Notes under the pieces: model-generated
Seen by the model: only the letters and a program-made list of their open reading frames with translations
Told to the model about the DNA's origin: nothing
Database searches by the model: none
Program-made: the position numbers and the translations under genes
Origin: Tepidisphaera sp.
Lineage (GTDB): Bacteria > Planctomycetota > Phycisphaerae > Phycisphaerales > UBA1924
Assembly (NCBI GenBank): GCA_050916045.1
Contig: CP051526.1
Coordinates: 2,848,001-2,912,000 of the forward strand
DNA length: 64,000 nucleotides
Direction: 5' to 3'
In this document: positions 1 through 8,527 of the stretch, one piece after another
How the letters are laid out: every line of letters starts with the position of its first letter
Numbering within the stretch: the first letter of the stretch is position 1

Positions 1-1581
1 CATCTCGGCGAAGCGCTCGGCAATCCCGCCCTTGACGATGTCCTTGAGCTCGATCACACCGAGCGTGCGACCCTTGCCGTCGGCGACGACGAGCGGCGTG
101 CTGCCACGCTTGGCGACTTCGTTCACAATCTCGCGGGCCTTGACGCTTGGCGTGCCGCCCATGCGAGAGACGTACGCGTCAACCGCGTCGGCGGAACCCT
201 TGCGGATCTGGCGGCCTTGCGGGAACTTCGTGGAGACCGGCAGATCGACGCCGCTCATGCGCGTGTTGGCGGTGAAGGGGACGAACGTCGCGGGTTTGTC
301 CCCCCCACCAAACTCGAACCCCAGGGCTTGCATGTCGCGCTCGCGGATGTTGTACTTCTGCTTCGCGAGCACGACGATCGAGCGGCCCTCGGGCGTTTCG
401 TCAGCGAGCGACGAGAGCTGGGCCGCGTCGGCGAGCTCTTCGGGCTTTACGCCATCGACGGCGAAGAACTGCGAAGCCATGCGGTTTCCGAAGGTGATCG
501 TGCCGGTCTTGTCCAGTAGCAACACGTCCACGTCGCCCGCGGCTTCGACAGCGCGGCCGCTGGTGGCGATGACGTTGGCCTGCACGAGGCGGTCCATGCC
601 CGCGATGCGGATGGCCGACAGCAGCCCGCCGATAGTGGTCGGGATGAGGCAGACCAGCAGCGCGACGAGAACCGTGACGGTGATGGGCGCGGCCGTGCTC
701 GCCGCATCGCCAGCCTTGGCCTGAGCCACCGCGTAAATCGAGTAAGGGAGCAGCGTCACGCACGCCAGCAGGAAGATGATGGTGAGCTTGGCCAGTAGGA
801 TGTCCAGCGCGATCTCGTTGGGCGTCTTCTGCCGCTTGGCTCCCTCGACCATCGCGATCATTCGGTCGAGGAAGCTCTCGCCAGGATTGGAGCCGATGCG
901 GACGATGATCCAGTCGCTCAGCACCTGCGTGCCGCCGGTGACGCTGGAGCGATCGCCCCCCGCCTCGCGGATGACCGGCGCGGACTCGCCGGTGACGGCG
1001 GACTCATTCACCGACGCGATGCCCTCGATGACCTCGCCGTCGCCCGGAATCGGCCCACCCAACTCGCCCGCCTCGACCAGCACGACATCGCCCTTGCGGA
1101 GCATCGCGCCCGACACCATCGCGGTCTTGAGTGCCTTGATATCCGTTGCCTTTTGCCTTCCACCAGTGCCTGATGCCCAGTCCCCAGTGCCTTCCACCTT
1201 CTTCGCCTGCACATCCCGGTTGCTCTTGCGCAGCGACGCGGCCTGCGCCTTGCCCCGTCCCTCGGCCATCGCCTCGGCGAAGTTGGCGAACAGCACCGTG
1301 AACCACAGCCACAGCGCGATGACGAGCACCAGCGTCGGCGAATAGGCCCCCCCCACACCCGCGACGGTGCCGCCGTGTGGGTGGGGGGGGTGGGGGGCGT
1401 CTTCGCCGTGTCCGGCATACCCCGCGATCGCCAGCAGCGTTATCAAAACGCTGACGACCCAGACGACGAACATCACCGGGTTGCGCAGCTGTACGCGCGG
1501 GTCGAGCTTGGCGAATGCCGAGCCGATCGCGGGCTTGACAATGGCGGGATCAAAGATGGACCTTGAGTTTGAGCGGGACAT
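1..1581 (-). CDS. kdpB: K+-transporting P-type ATPase subunit B (3' end runs off the window)
   Basis: Manual translation from ATG at 1581: [66 protein letters not shown]. It lies directly downstream of kdpA. It is absent from the ORF track because no stop is in the window. Confidence 0.97.
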   Translation of the reverse strand, partial: MSRSNSRSIFDPAIVKPAIGSAFAKLDPRVQLRNPVMFVVWVVSVLITLLAIAGYAGHGEDAPHPPHPHGGTVAGVGGAYSPTLVLVIALWLWFTVLFANFAEAMAEGRGKAQAASLRKSNRDVQAKKVEGTGDWASGTGGRQKATDIKALKTAMVSGAMLRKGDVVLVEAGELGGPIPGDGEVIEGIASVNESAVTGESAPVIREAGGDRSSVTGGTQVLSDWIIVRIGSNPGESFLDRMIAMVEGAKRQKTPNEIALDILLAKLTIIFLLACVTLLPYSIYAVAQAKAGDAASTAAPITVTVLVALLVCLIPTTIGGLLSAIRIAGMDRLVQANVIATSGRAVEAAGDVDVLLLDKTGTITFGNRMASQFFAVDGVKPEELADAAQLSSLADETPEGRSIVVLAKQKYNIRERDMQALGFEFGGGDKPATFVPFTANTRMSGVDLPVSTKFPQGRQIRKGSADAVDAYVSRMGGTPSVKAREIVNEVAKRGSTPLVVADGKGRTLGVIELKDIVKGGIAERFAEM

Positions 1582-1617
1582 AGTGTGCCTTCGCAGTTCG
1601 ATTCAGTTGCGGGCGAG

Positions 1618-3504
1618 CTACTTGCTGACCAGTTGGAGATGCTCAACGATCGGGCCAAGAGCGAGCGCGGGAACGAAGGTGAGCGCGCCGACCACGATCA
1701 CCACCGCGACGAGCATCAGCACGAAGACCGGCGTGTGCGTGGGGAGTGTGCCGCTGGTGGTGGGCGTGATCTTCTTGGCCGCGAGCGAACCCGCCACCGC
1801 CAGCACCGGCACGATGATCCAGAAGCGGCTGAACCACATCGCCAGGCCGAGTGCCAGGTTGTAGAAGGGCGTGTTGGCGCTCAGCCCCGCGAACGCCGAG
1901 CCGTTGTTGTTGCCGGCGCTGCTGAACGCATACAGGATCTGGCTGAAGCCGTGCGGGCCAGGGTTGCTCGTGCTGCTGGTGCCTTGCGGCAGGATCACCG
2001 CGACGGCGGTGCCAACCAGCACCAGCGCGCACGGCACCAACACCACGATCGACGCCATCTTCATCTCGAAGGGTTCGATCTTCTTGCCCAGGTACTCCGG
2101 CGTGCGCCCGACCATCAGCCCCGCGACGAAGACCGCGACGATGACGAACATGAGCATGCCGTAGAGGCCCGAGCCCACGCCGCCGAAGACAACCTCGCCG
2201 AGCTGCATGAGCCACATGGGGGTCAGGCCGCCAAGTGGGGTGAAGGAGTCGTGCATGGAGTTCACACTGCCGTTGCTGGCGGCGGTGGTCGCGGCAGCCC
2301 AGAGCGCGGAGTTGGCGATGCCGAAGCGGGATTCTTTCCCTTCCATGTTGCCGCCGGGGGCGAGCGGGGACGCGGACTGTTCAACGATTGCCGCCGCGGC
2401 GGCGATCTTCGGATTGCCCTGTGCTTCAAACCAATACGTGGCCCCAAGTAACGGTACGAAGATCACGAGCATCGCCGCGAGCACGGCCCAGCCTTGGCGG
2501 CGATCGCGGACCATCTCGCCGAAGGTGAAGCACAAGGCGGCCGGAATCAGCAGGATTGCGAGCACCTGCAGGAAGTTGGACAGCGGTGTCGGGTTTTCGA
2601 GCGGGTGTGCGGAATTTACGTTGAAGAAGCCGCCGCCGTTGGTCCCGAGCTGCTTGATGGCGATCTGCGACGCTGCCGGCCCGAGCGGAATGGTCTGCGT
2701 CGTGATCGCCACGGCGCGCGTCTGGTCAGTACCGTCCGCGTTCTTCAATGCTCCACCCGCGTCGTTCTTCACCGGCTCGCTATACGACAGCGGCACCGTC
2801 AACGCAACCTCCTGCGGCTTGTTGAACGTCTGCACCACTCCCTGCGAAACCAACGCGACTGCAAGAATTGCCGACAGCGGCAGCAGTACGTAGAGCGTCG
2901 CCCGAGTCAGATCCACCCAGCAGTTGCCGATGGTGCTTGCGCTTTTCCGCGAGAGGCCGCGGGTCAGCGCCACGAGCACCGCGATGCCCGTCGCCGCGCT
3001 CAGGAAGTTCTGCACGCCCAGCCCGAGCATCTGCGTGAGGTACGACATCGTGACCTCGCCGCCATAGCCCTGCCAGTTGGTATTGGTGACGAACGACACA
3101 GCCGTGTTGAACGCCGAGCCGCCTTCAACAGGTCCAAGTCCCGCGGGATTGGCGGGGAGCAGGTGCTGGAGGCGCTGGAGGCCATAGACCGCGACGAGCC
3201 CCAGGACGTTGAAGAGCAGGATGCCGACCGCGTAGGGCTTCCAGCCCATCTCGGCATTTGCAGGATTGGAACCGATGGCGTTGACGCGCACGCCGCACAG
3301 TCGGTAGATCAGCCCTTCGAGCCAGCCGAGCGCTGTGCCGAAGCCGAGCGGAGCAGTGCCGGGGGCCCCATCAAACACACGGGCCATGAACCAGCCAAGT
3401 GGCTTGACGAGCGCGACCAGAACGACGAGGTACAGCATGAGCTGGAGAACGCCGTTGCCGGTGATCGCAGCGAGGGTGAGAGGGGTGAGCGTGTGGGGGA
3501 TCAT
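1618..3504 (-). CDS. kdpA: K+-transporting ATPase subunit A
   Basis: Selectivity-filter motifs TNTNWQGY, GTNGGGFF, SNGS and NNGSAF are present. The ATG at 3504 overlaps the kdpF stop (ATGA). Confidence 0.98.
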   Translation of the reverse strand: MIPHTLTPLTLAAITGNGVLQLMLYLVVLVALVKPLGWFMARVFDGAPGTAPLGFGTALGWLEGLIYRLCGVRVNAIGSNPANAEMGWKPYAVGILLFNVLGLVAVYGLQRLQHLLPANPAGLGPVEGGSAFNTAVSFVTNTNWQGYGGEVTMSYLTQMLGLGVQNFLSAATGIAVLVALTRGLSRKSASTIGNCWVDLTRATLYVLLPLSAILAVALVSQGVVQTFNKPQEVALTVPLSYSEPVKNDAGGALKNADGTDQTRAVAITTQTIPLGPAASQIAIKQLGTNGGGFFNVNSAHPLENPTPLSNFLQVLAILLIPAALCFTFGEMVRDRRQGWAVLAAMLVIFVPLLGATYWFEAQGNPKIAAAAAIVEQSASPLAPGGNMEGKESRFGIANSALWAAATTAASNGSVNSMHDSFTPLGGLTPMWLMQLGEVVFGGVGSGLYGMLMFVIVAVFVAGLMVGRTPEYLGKKIEPFEMKMASIVVLVPCALVLVGTAVAVILPQGTSSTSNPGPHGFSQILYAFSSAGNNNGSAFAGLSANTPFYNLALGLAMWFSRFWIIVPVLAVAGSLAAKKITPTTSGTLPTHTPVFVLMLVAVVIVVGALTFVPALALGPIVEHLQLVSK

Positions 3505-3593
3505 TGAAACCACTCCGGCTTGAGCAACGCGGCGAGCAAGTACAGCAACAGGGCTACGGCGATGACCGCGGCGATGGCGTAAATCACGGTCAT
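3501..3593 (-). CDS. kdpF: K+-transporting ATPase subunit F (30 aa)
   Basis: Manual translation MTVIYAIAAVIAVALLLYLLAALLKPEWFQ*, with the typical YL..ALLxPExF tail. ATGA overlap with kdpA. Confidence 0.93.
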   Translation of the reverse strand: MTVIYAIAAVIAVALLLYLLAALLKPEWFQ

Positions 3594-3754
3594 TGGCGTG
3601 CCTCCTTTGTCAAAGCACTCGATCCCGAGTTGCCCGTGGCCCGCTCGCCACGAGGTGCGGGCACGTGAGGCCGAAGCCATTCGCAGACGCGAACGAGCCC
3701 GAGCGTGGCGATGAGGCAGGCGAAGAACAGTCCGACGGCGGTGAGGTCATTCAT
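3590..3754 (-). CDS. Small hydrophobic kdp-associated peptide (54 aa) upstream of kdpF
   Basis: Manual translation MNDLTAVGLFFACLIATLGLVRVCEWLRPH...TKEARQ*. One TM segment; the stop overlaps the kdpF start (ATGA), with GGAGG just upstream of kdpF. Confidence 0.7.
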   Translation of the reverse strand: MNDLTAVGLFFACLIATLGLVRVCEWLRPHVPAPRGERATGNSGSSALTKEARQ

Positions 3755-3812
3755 GGTGGCCTTCCAATCGATACGAGTATCGCCGCAGTGTGACCTGGTG
3801 TCGCTCAGGAGG

Positions 3813-3933
3813 GCATAAGCGCGGGAGTCCTGCGCATAAAGGCAGCATAAAGACGTGATCTCAAACCCGAATCCCGACAGGGCGTTTATGCCGGGCTTGC
3901 GCGATGGTGACCCGTCTTGATGCCACGTTGATC
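3813..3933. promoter_or_regulatory. Candidate KdpE (OmpR-family) tandem boxes in the divergent kdp/porin promoter
   Basis: GCATAA(A)G at 3813, 3834 and 3845 (TTTATGC on the minus strand, 11-bp spacing for the last pair). On the plus strand: TTTATG at 3885, and TTGATG/TTGATC at 3917/3928 (11-bp spacing). Confidence 0.55.
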
Positions 3934-4012
3934 GACGAAGCCCATGTGGCGGCCGAGACTTGATTCAGTCGCGTGTATCTCGCATGCCGCTCGGATCCCA
4001 CGGAGCTTCACC

Positions 4013-5172
4013 ATGAACCACACGATCGCCACCATTCTCTCGACCACGCTCGTCAGCACTGGCGTTCTGGCCGAGCTCAACCTGATCCGCATCTTCGTGA
4101 ACGACTGGCGCGAGGACCAACGCGACGAAGCACGGAGGCGGCTTCGCCCGGCAGCGATTGGTCAATCGAAGAGTCCGGCGTTCGGCTTCGCCAGTTCCCA
4201 TCGTGGCACCGTCGCCGCCACGCTCTTGTGCGGAGTGCTGCCTTCGATCGTCCTCGCACAGGCGCCTGCGACACCGCAACCCAGACCCCTTCATCCCTGT
4301 CGCCCGTAGCAAGCGAGCCGTCAAGTCAGGCGGCGTTCCCGGCAACCAGCGAACAGCCCTCGGCTGAGCAGGAGGTGCCACCCGCCATTAACTCCGCGAT
4401 CAGCGTCCAGCTCAACCTCGACTTCACGAACGCGTACTTCTACCGCGGCATCCGTCAGCAGGACAAGGGTCTGATCGTGCAGCCCGCCGCACGGCTCACG
4501 ACGCGCCTCGTGGATGATGCTGACCTCAAGCTGGACGGGTTTATCGGCACGTGGAACAGCTTCGGCCCCAACGGCGGGACTCAGACGGGCGCGCTCGTGG
4601 AGGATTGGTATGAGTCTGACTTGTATGCTGGCTTCACGCTCACGCACGGCAAGCTCTCCCTCACCACCTCGTACACGTTTCTGACCAGCCCGAGCGACGC
4701 CTTTCAGACCGTGCAGGAGCTCGGCTTCACACTCTCGCTCGACGACTCGGAGTGGATGAAGGCCCACTCGTTAGGAGGTTTCTCGCTCAAGCCGTACGCC
4801 ACCCTCGCCATCGAGACGGGAAGCAATGGCTCTGACGGACCCGACCTGGACAACGGCACCTACCTTGAGCTCGGCATCGCGCCCGGCTTTCCGTTCGACG
4901 TGGGAAAGACGTCAGTGACGCTCACATTCCCCGCGTCTGTGGGCCTCAGCCTGTCCGACTACTACCAGGACGCCGGCGAGAGCGACGACACCTTCGGCTT
5001 CGTGCAGGTCGGCGCGAAAGCGTCGATCCCCCTCGCCGAGCCGGGCCGCTTCGGTGCATGGACCCTCAACGCGGGCGTATCGGTGCTCTACCTCGGCGAC
5101 CACACCAAGGCCTTCAACAACGGAGACGACGCCGAAGTCATCGGCACGGTCGGGCTCCAGTGGAACTTCTGA
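4013..5172 (+). pseudogene. TorF-like (TIGR02001-like) outer-membrane beta-barrel, split by a frameshift near 4260-4308
   Basis: The frame from ATG 4013 encodes a leader ending in a signal-like ..LLCGVLPSIVLAQAP and stops at 4309. A different frame carries DFTNAYFYRG..QP..E.DLY.G.. and the terminal GTVGLQWNF (C-terminal Phe). Confidence 0.65.
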
Positions 5173-5230
5173 CGATCTGCGGCCCCCTGAGGACCCGTCG
5201 TCGCGCGTAAACCAGCCCTTCACACTGAAT

Positions 5231-5375
5231 TCCCCGCGTTGACCGTTGAGAATCGGTTTGCGGGTGTTGTGGATAGGGAGCTTCGAAAGGCCAGGGTCGA
5301 AAGACCCGGGCCCATTCGTTGACACGAGCAGTCGTACGGCACAAGGCGTTCCGATTCGCGGCCGGCGCGCGGGGA
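5231..5375 (+). ncRNA. Candidate structured RNA or long palindromic element (unassigned)
   Basis: Nested stems found by eye: TCCCCGCG/CGCGGGGA, GAATCGG/CCGATTC, GTGTTG/TGACAC, and an apical GGGTC-GAAA-GACCC hairpin. Many G.U pairs are possible on the plus strand. Confidence 0.4.
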
Positions 5376-5498
5376 CGCGTGCGGCCCCGACGGTCATCCA
5401 CTCCCGACCGGGCGGCCCGCGATCTTCGGCAAGTCGATCCGCAGGTCTGCCGCGTGGCTCACTTGGGCTCGTTCAAACCCGCCGGTCGATCGCAATCG

Positions 5499-8201
5499 CT
5501 ACTTGGGCTCTTTGGCTTGGACAAGAGCCTCGGCGAAGGCTCTCCCGATCGGAGCCATGATCCTCGCCGCTCCGAGGTAGTGGTAGCCGCCGTTGGAGAC
5601 TCCAGTCCGAAGACTGCGGAGTTCCTCCGGCGTGAACTGTGCATCGATCTCCTTCTGGCGGGACTTTTGCTTGTCTTCTTCCGACATGCCCGGCGTCCGG
5701 TTGAACTGAGCTTCCAGTGCATCGTTCAGCCGGTCCATCCGCTGTTGGAGCATCTCGAGGTCGTCAGCCCAGAACGGAGCCGTCTCCACGACCAGGACGT
5801 TCCCCTTGAACTCTTCGAGGGCCGAAGGCTTCCGCTGGGCGCTGCGGAAGTGCATCATCGGAGCGTCTTTCTCGCCCCGCATGCCGTCGATGCCCATGAC
5901 GCCGATGACGAACGGCAGCTTCGGAGCCGAGAGGTCCTTGCGAACATCGCGGATGAGATGGCCGAGCAGGTCGGCGTAGAGGTCGTACCCGCCTGGCTTG
6001 TCCTGCATGGGGTACACCCCGCCATCAACGTAATCGTTGAACCCTTGGAACCAGACGAACCCGGCAAGTTCGTACCCCTGCTTCTCGTCGTAGTCGGGCA
6101 CCACACGCTTGATGTCTTTGAGCACCTTCTCCACGTGGGCGATCATCTCGCGGTAGTACACGCCGGTGGCGGCGGCCTTTTCCTCGAAGAATTTGGGCCG
6201 ATCCTCGGCTTTGGGAATACCGTGGGCACCGTCGGGATGCTTGTCCCAAAGATCCTGAGTTTCCTTTGCAAGGACGTATGGCCCGGCGCTCGGCGGGCGG
6301 AAATCGGTGTGCAGACTACGTCCGCCCCACGCGGTCTTGATGATCAGGATCGGTGCATCGACGGCTTTCTCCATGAAGATGCCGAACGTGAACTCGGGCC
6401 CGATCTTGTCTTCGGGAGCTCCAAATCCCGCGGTCAGCTTGCCCTTTGCTTCGGTCAGGTCGGAGTAAGCGTCGCCGAGGCAGCCGACCGAAGAGATCCA
6501 CACCCGCTCGCAGACGCGCGGCTTGCCGTCCGGCCCGCGCATCTCCTTGAGCAGGGGAGCGGTCTTGGGGTCCCCGGCCATCGAGTCGAACGTCGAGATA
6601 GCGGCGTGTCCCTGCATGTTCGACTGGCCCGCCAGGATGTACACCTTGAGCGGCTTGGCCGCGGAGACGGGCTTGCTCACCGGCGGGGGAGCGGCCCGCT
6701 TCTCCCTGCCAGTCATCACCAGTCCGCGCTTGGGAATCGTCAGGATGAACGCCGTCACGGACGAAGCCGTCATGCGAGAGTCCGAGCCGTACCCGGCGTT
6801 GTCGCGGTTGGGCTGATAGTAAAAGCTCCCATCCGTGCAGTGGGCCATCGTGAACCACCAGCGGTTCGCATCCATGACCTTGCGGAAGCTCTCGGCATCG
6901 ATGCTCGCCCCGAGCGCCGCATAGCCCATGCCCATCGCGGGTGAGCCGTGGGTGTCGGGGAAACTCTGCGGGTGCTTGCCGATCACCCGAGCGTGGAGCA
7001 GCGCTCGCTCAGAATACGTGGCGCCTTCGTGGGGAGAGAGGAAGTGCGCGATCGCCGCGGCGCCCGTCCGGCCCATATCGGCCCAGTTGTCCGGCCCCCC
7101 GCCCCTGCTATCGCCGTACCAGACATAACCGTTCTCGCCCGTGCCGCGCTTGATGAATTCGTACGCGGCGTCATGATTCACGCGATCGATCTTGATCCCG
7201 CAGCGGTGCATCAGCGAGTACGCCAGCGCCCCTTGGCCGGTGATCATCGTGATCGGCCCATAGCCCTCAAAGCCCGGGTTGTGCCCCCATCCGCCGTGCG
7301 CATCCATCGGCCCCTTCGGAAAGCTGTCCGGGTGCGACTCCTTGGCTTTCGGATTGATCTGCGACATCCGGAGGTACTGGCTCTTCGCGATGAGGTCGTG
7401 GACCTTCTGCAACTCTGGAAGCACCCACTTCTCGCCCGTCGCGAGGTGGTACTCACTGAGCACGATCGCCGCGCTCATGTGGTACCAGTTCTTCAGTCCG
7501 ATGTCGTCGCTGTTAGTCACGGCGACGTGATGCTTCACGTTCCGGTCGACGGCCGACCGGTACTTCGCTTCGCCGCTGGCAAGAAGAGCCAGCGGCGCGA
7601 ACGTGTTGTGCACCGGGTCGCCGAAGGAGCCGTCCTTCTGCTGATGAACCACGAGGTACTCAAGCAGCTCGCTCAGGATCAGATCCGACTTCCGGCAACC
7701 TTGCGGGAACGTCGGGGCGTACGTTCCGTACTTGGTCCCAACATCGAGGCTGACCTCGATGACCTGTTCGCCTCGCCGGAGCGTGAGTGCGAGCTTCCCT
7801 TGCTGGCCGGAACTCTGGCAGGCTTCAAGCACACCAGCGAGCTCGGAGATCGGACCGTCGGCTCCGAACACCGCTTCGCCGTACCCGTTGCGGTGATTCT
7901 CTTTGAAGCGTTCGCCGCCCGCACCGATGATGAGGTCGCCGACCTTGACCTGACCATCCGCGGGCGACTTGGGAAACACGTGCTTGATCAGCAGGGCCTT
8001 GGGCTCTTCCGGCACAAGCTGTGCCCGAAGCCCGGTGATGCCGAGGTTATAGAACCAGCCGGGCACTTCCGCGTCCGGCCCCGATTCGGCCACCTGGCTC
8101 CACGGGCGCTGCTCGCTGTAATCGACCTGCGCGTGCAGCGGCCATGCGAAGGAGAGGACCAAGAGACACGCAAGTCGGAGCACGCACATCTTCGATCTCA
8201 T
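5499..8201 (-). CDS. Secreted DUF6288-like protein (PDZ-like + alpha/alpha-toroid) fused to a SASA-type (SGNH) carbohydrate acetylesterase
   Basis: Signal peptide (..LVLSFAWPLHA); NLGITGLRA and SPADG.VKVGD.I (PDZ-like); QQKDGSF and GGWGH. The C-terminal domain has ILAGQSNM, KTAWGG, WFQGFND and a late YHY. Confidence 0.75.
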   Translation of the reverse strand: MRSKMCVLRLACLLVLSFAWPLHAQVDYSEQRPWSQVAESGPDAEVPGWFYNLGITGLRAQLVPEEPKALLIKHVFPKSPADGQVKVGDLIIGAGGERFKENHRNGYGEAVFGADGPISELAGVLEACQSSGQQGKLALTLRRGEQVIEVSLDVGTKYGTYAPTFPQGCRKSDLILSELLEYLVVHQQKDGSFGDPVHNTFAPLALLASGEAKYRSAVDRNVKHHVAVTNSDDIGLKNWYHMSAAIVLSEYHLATGEKWVLPELQKVHDLIAKSQYLRMSQINPKAKESHPDSFPKGPMDAHGGWGHNPGFEGYGPITMITGQGALAYSLMHRCGIKIDRVNHDAAYEFIKRGTGENGYVWYGDSRGGGPDNWADMGRTGAAAIAHFLSPHEGATYSERALLHARVIGKHPQSFPDTHGSPAMGMGYAALGASIDAESFRKVMDANRWWFTMAHCTDGSFYYQPNRDNAGYGSDSRMTASSVTAFILTIPKRGLVMTGREKRAAPPPVSKPVSAAKPLKVYILAGQSNMQGHAAISTFDSMAGDPKTAPLLKEMRGPDGKPRVCERVWISSVGCLGDAYSDLTEAKGKLTAGFGAPEDKIGPEFTFGIFMEKAVDAPILIIKTAWGGRSLHTDFRPPSAGPYVLAKETQDLWDKHPDGAHGIPKAEDRPKFFEEKAAATGVYYREMIAHVEKVLKDIKRVVPDYDEKQGYELAGFVWFQGFNDYVDGGVYPMQDKPGGYDLYADLLGHLIRDVRKDLSAPKLPFVIGVMGIDGMRGEKDAPMMHFRSAQRKPSALEEFKGNVLVVETAPFWADDLEMLQQRMDRLNDALEAQFNRTPGMSEEDKQKSRQKEIDAQFTPEELRSLRTGVSNGGYHYLGAARIMAPIGRAFAEALVQAKEPK

Positions 8202-8527
8202 CGTCTCGTCCTCCTCGCGGGTCGCCGGTGATTGCCGAGCCCGCACGGCGCGTCGTCGCGGACTGAGCTCCGCACGGCGTCAGTATCGGGACTTTTTGCG
8301 GCAAAAGCAAGCGGCTCCCGACCGATGTGGACCGCCGTGGCGGGTCACCCGGGGCTCATCGACCCGGCGGTGGTGCCCCGATCCGGCCCAGAAGCCAGCG
8401 CAAGCAGCTGCAGCGGTCGGCGGCGGCATCACCGCCCGCGGTGACACCGACTTTACCACGCCGGCGAAGGAGACCAACACACCTCGAGCAGATGTTCGCT
8501 TGCGTGTAAGCACGATCACTGGGAAAT

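Noticed and set aside
5231..5375. c-di-AMP (ydaO) or c-di-GMP riboswitch linked to kdp
   Set aside because: I could not find the conserved motifs, and the element lies between two gene 3' ends rather than in a leader.
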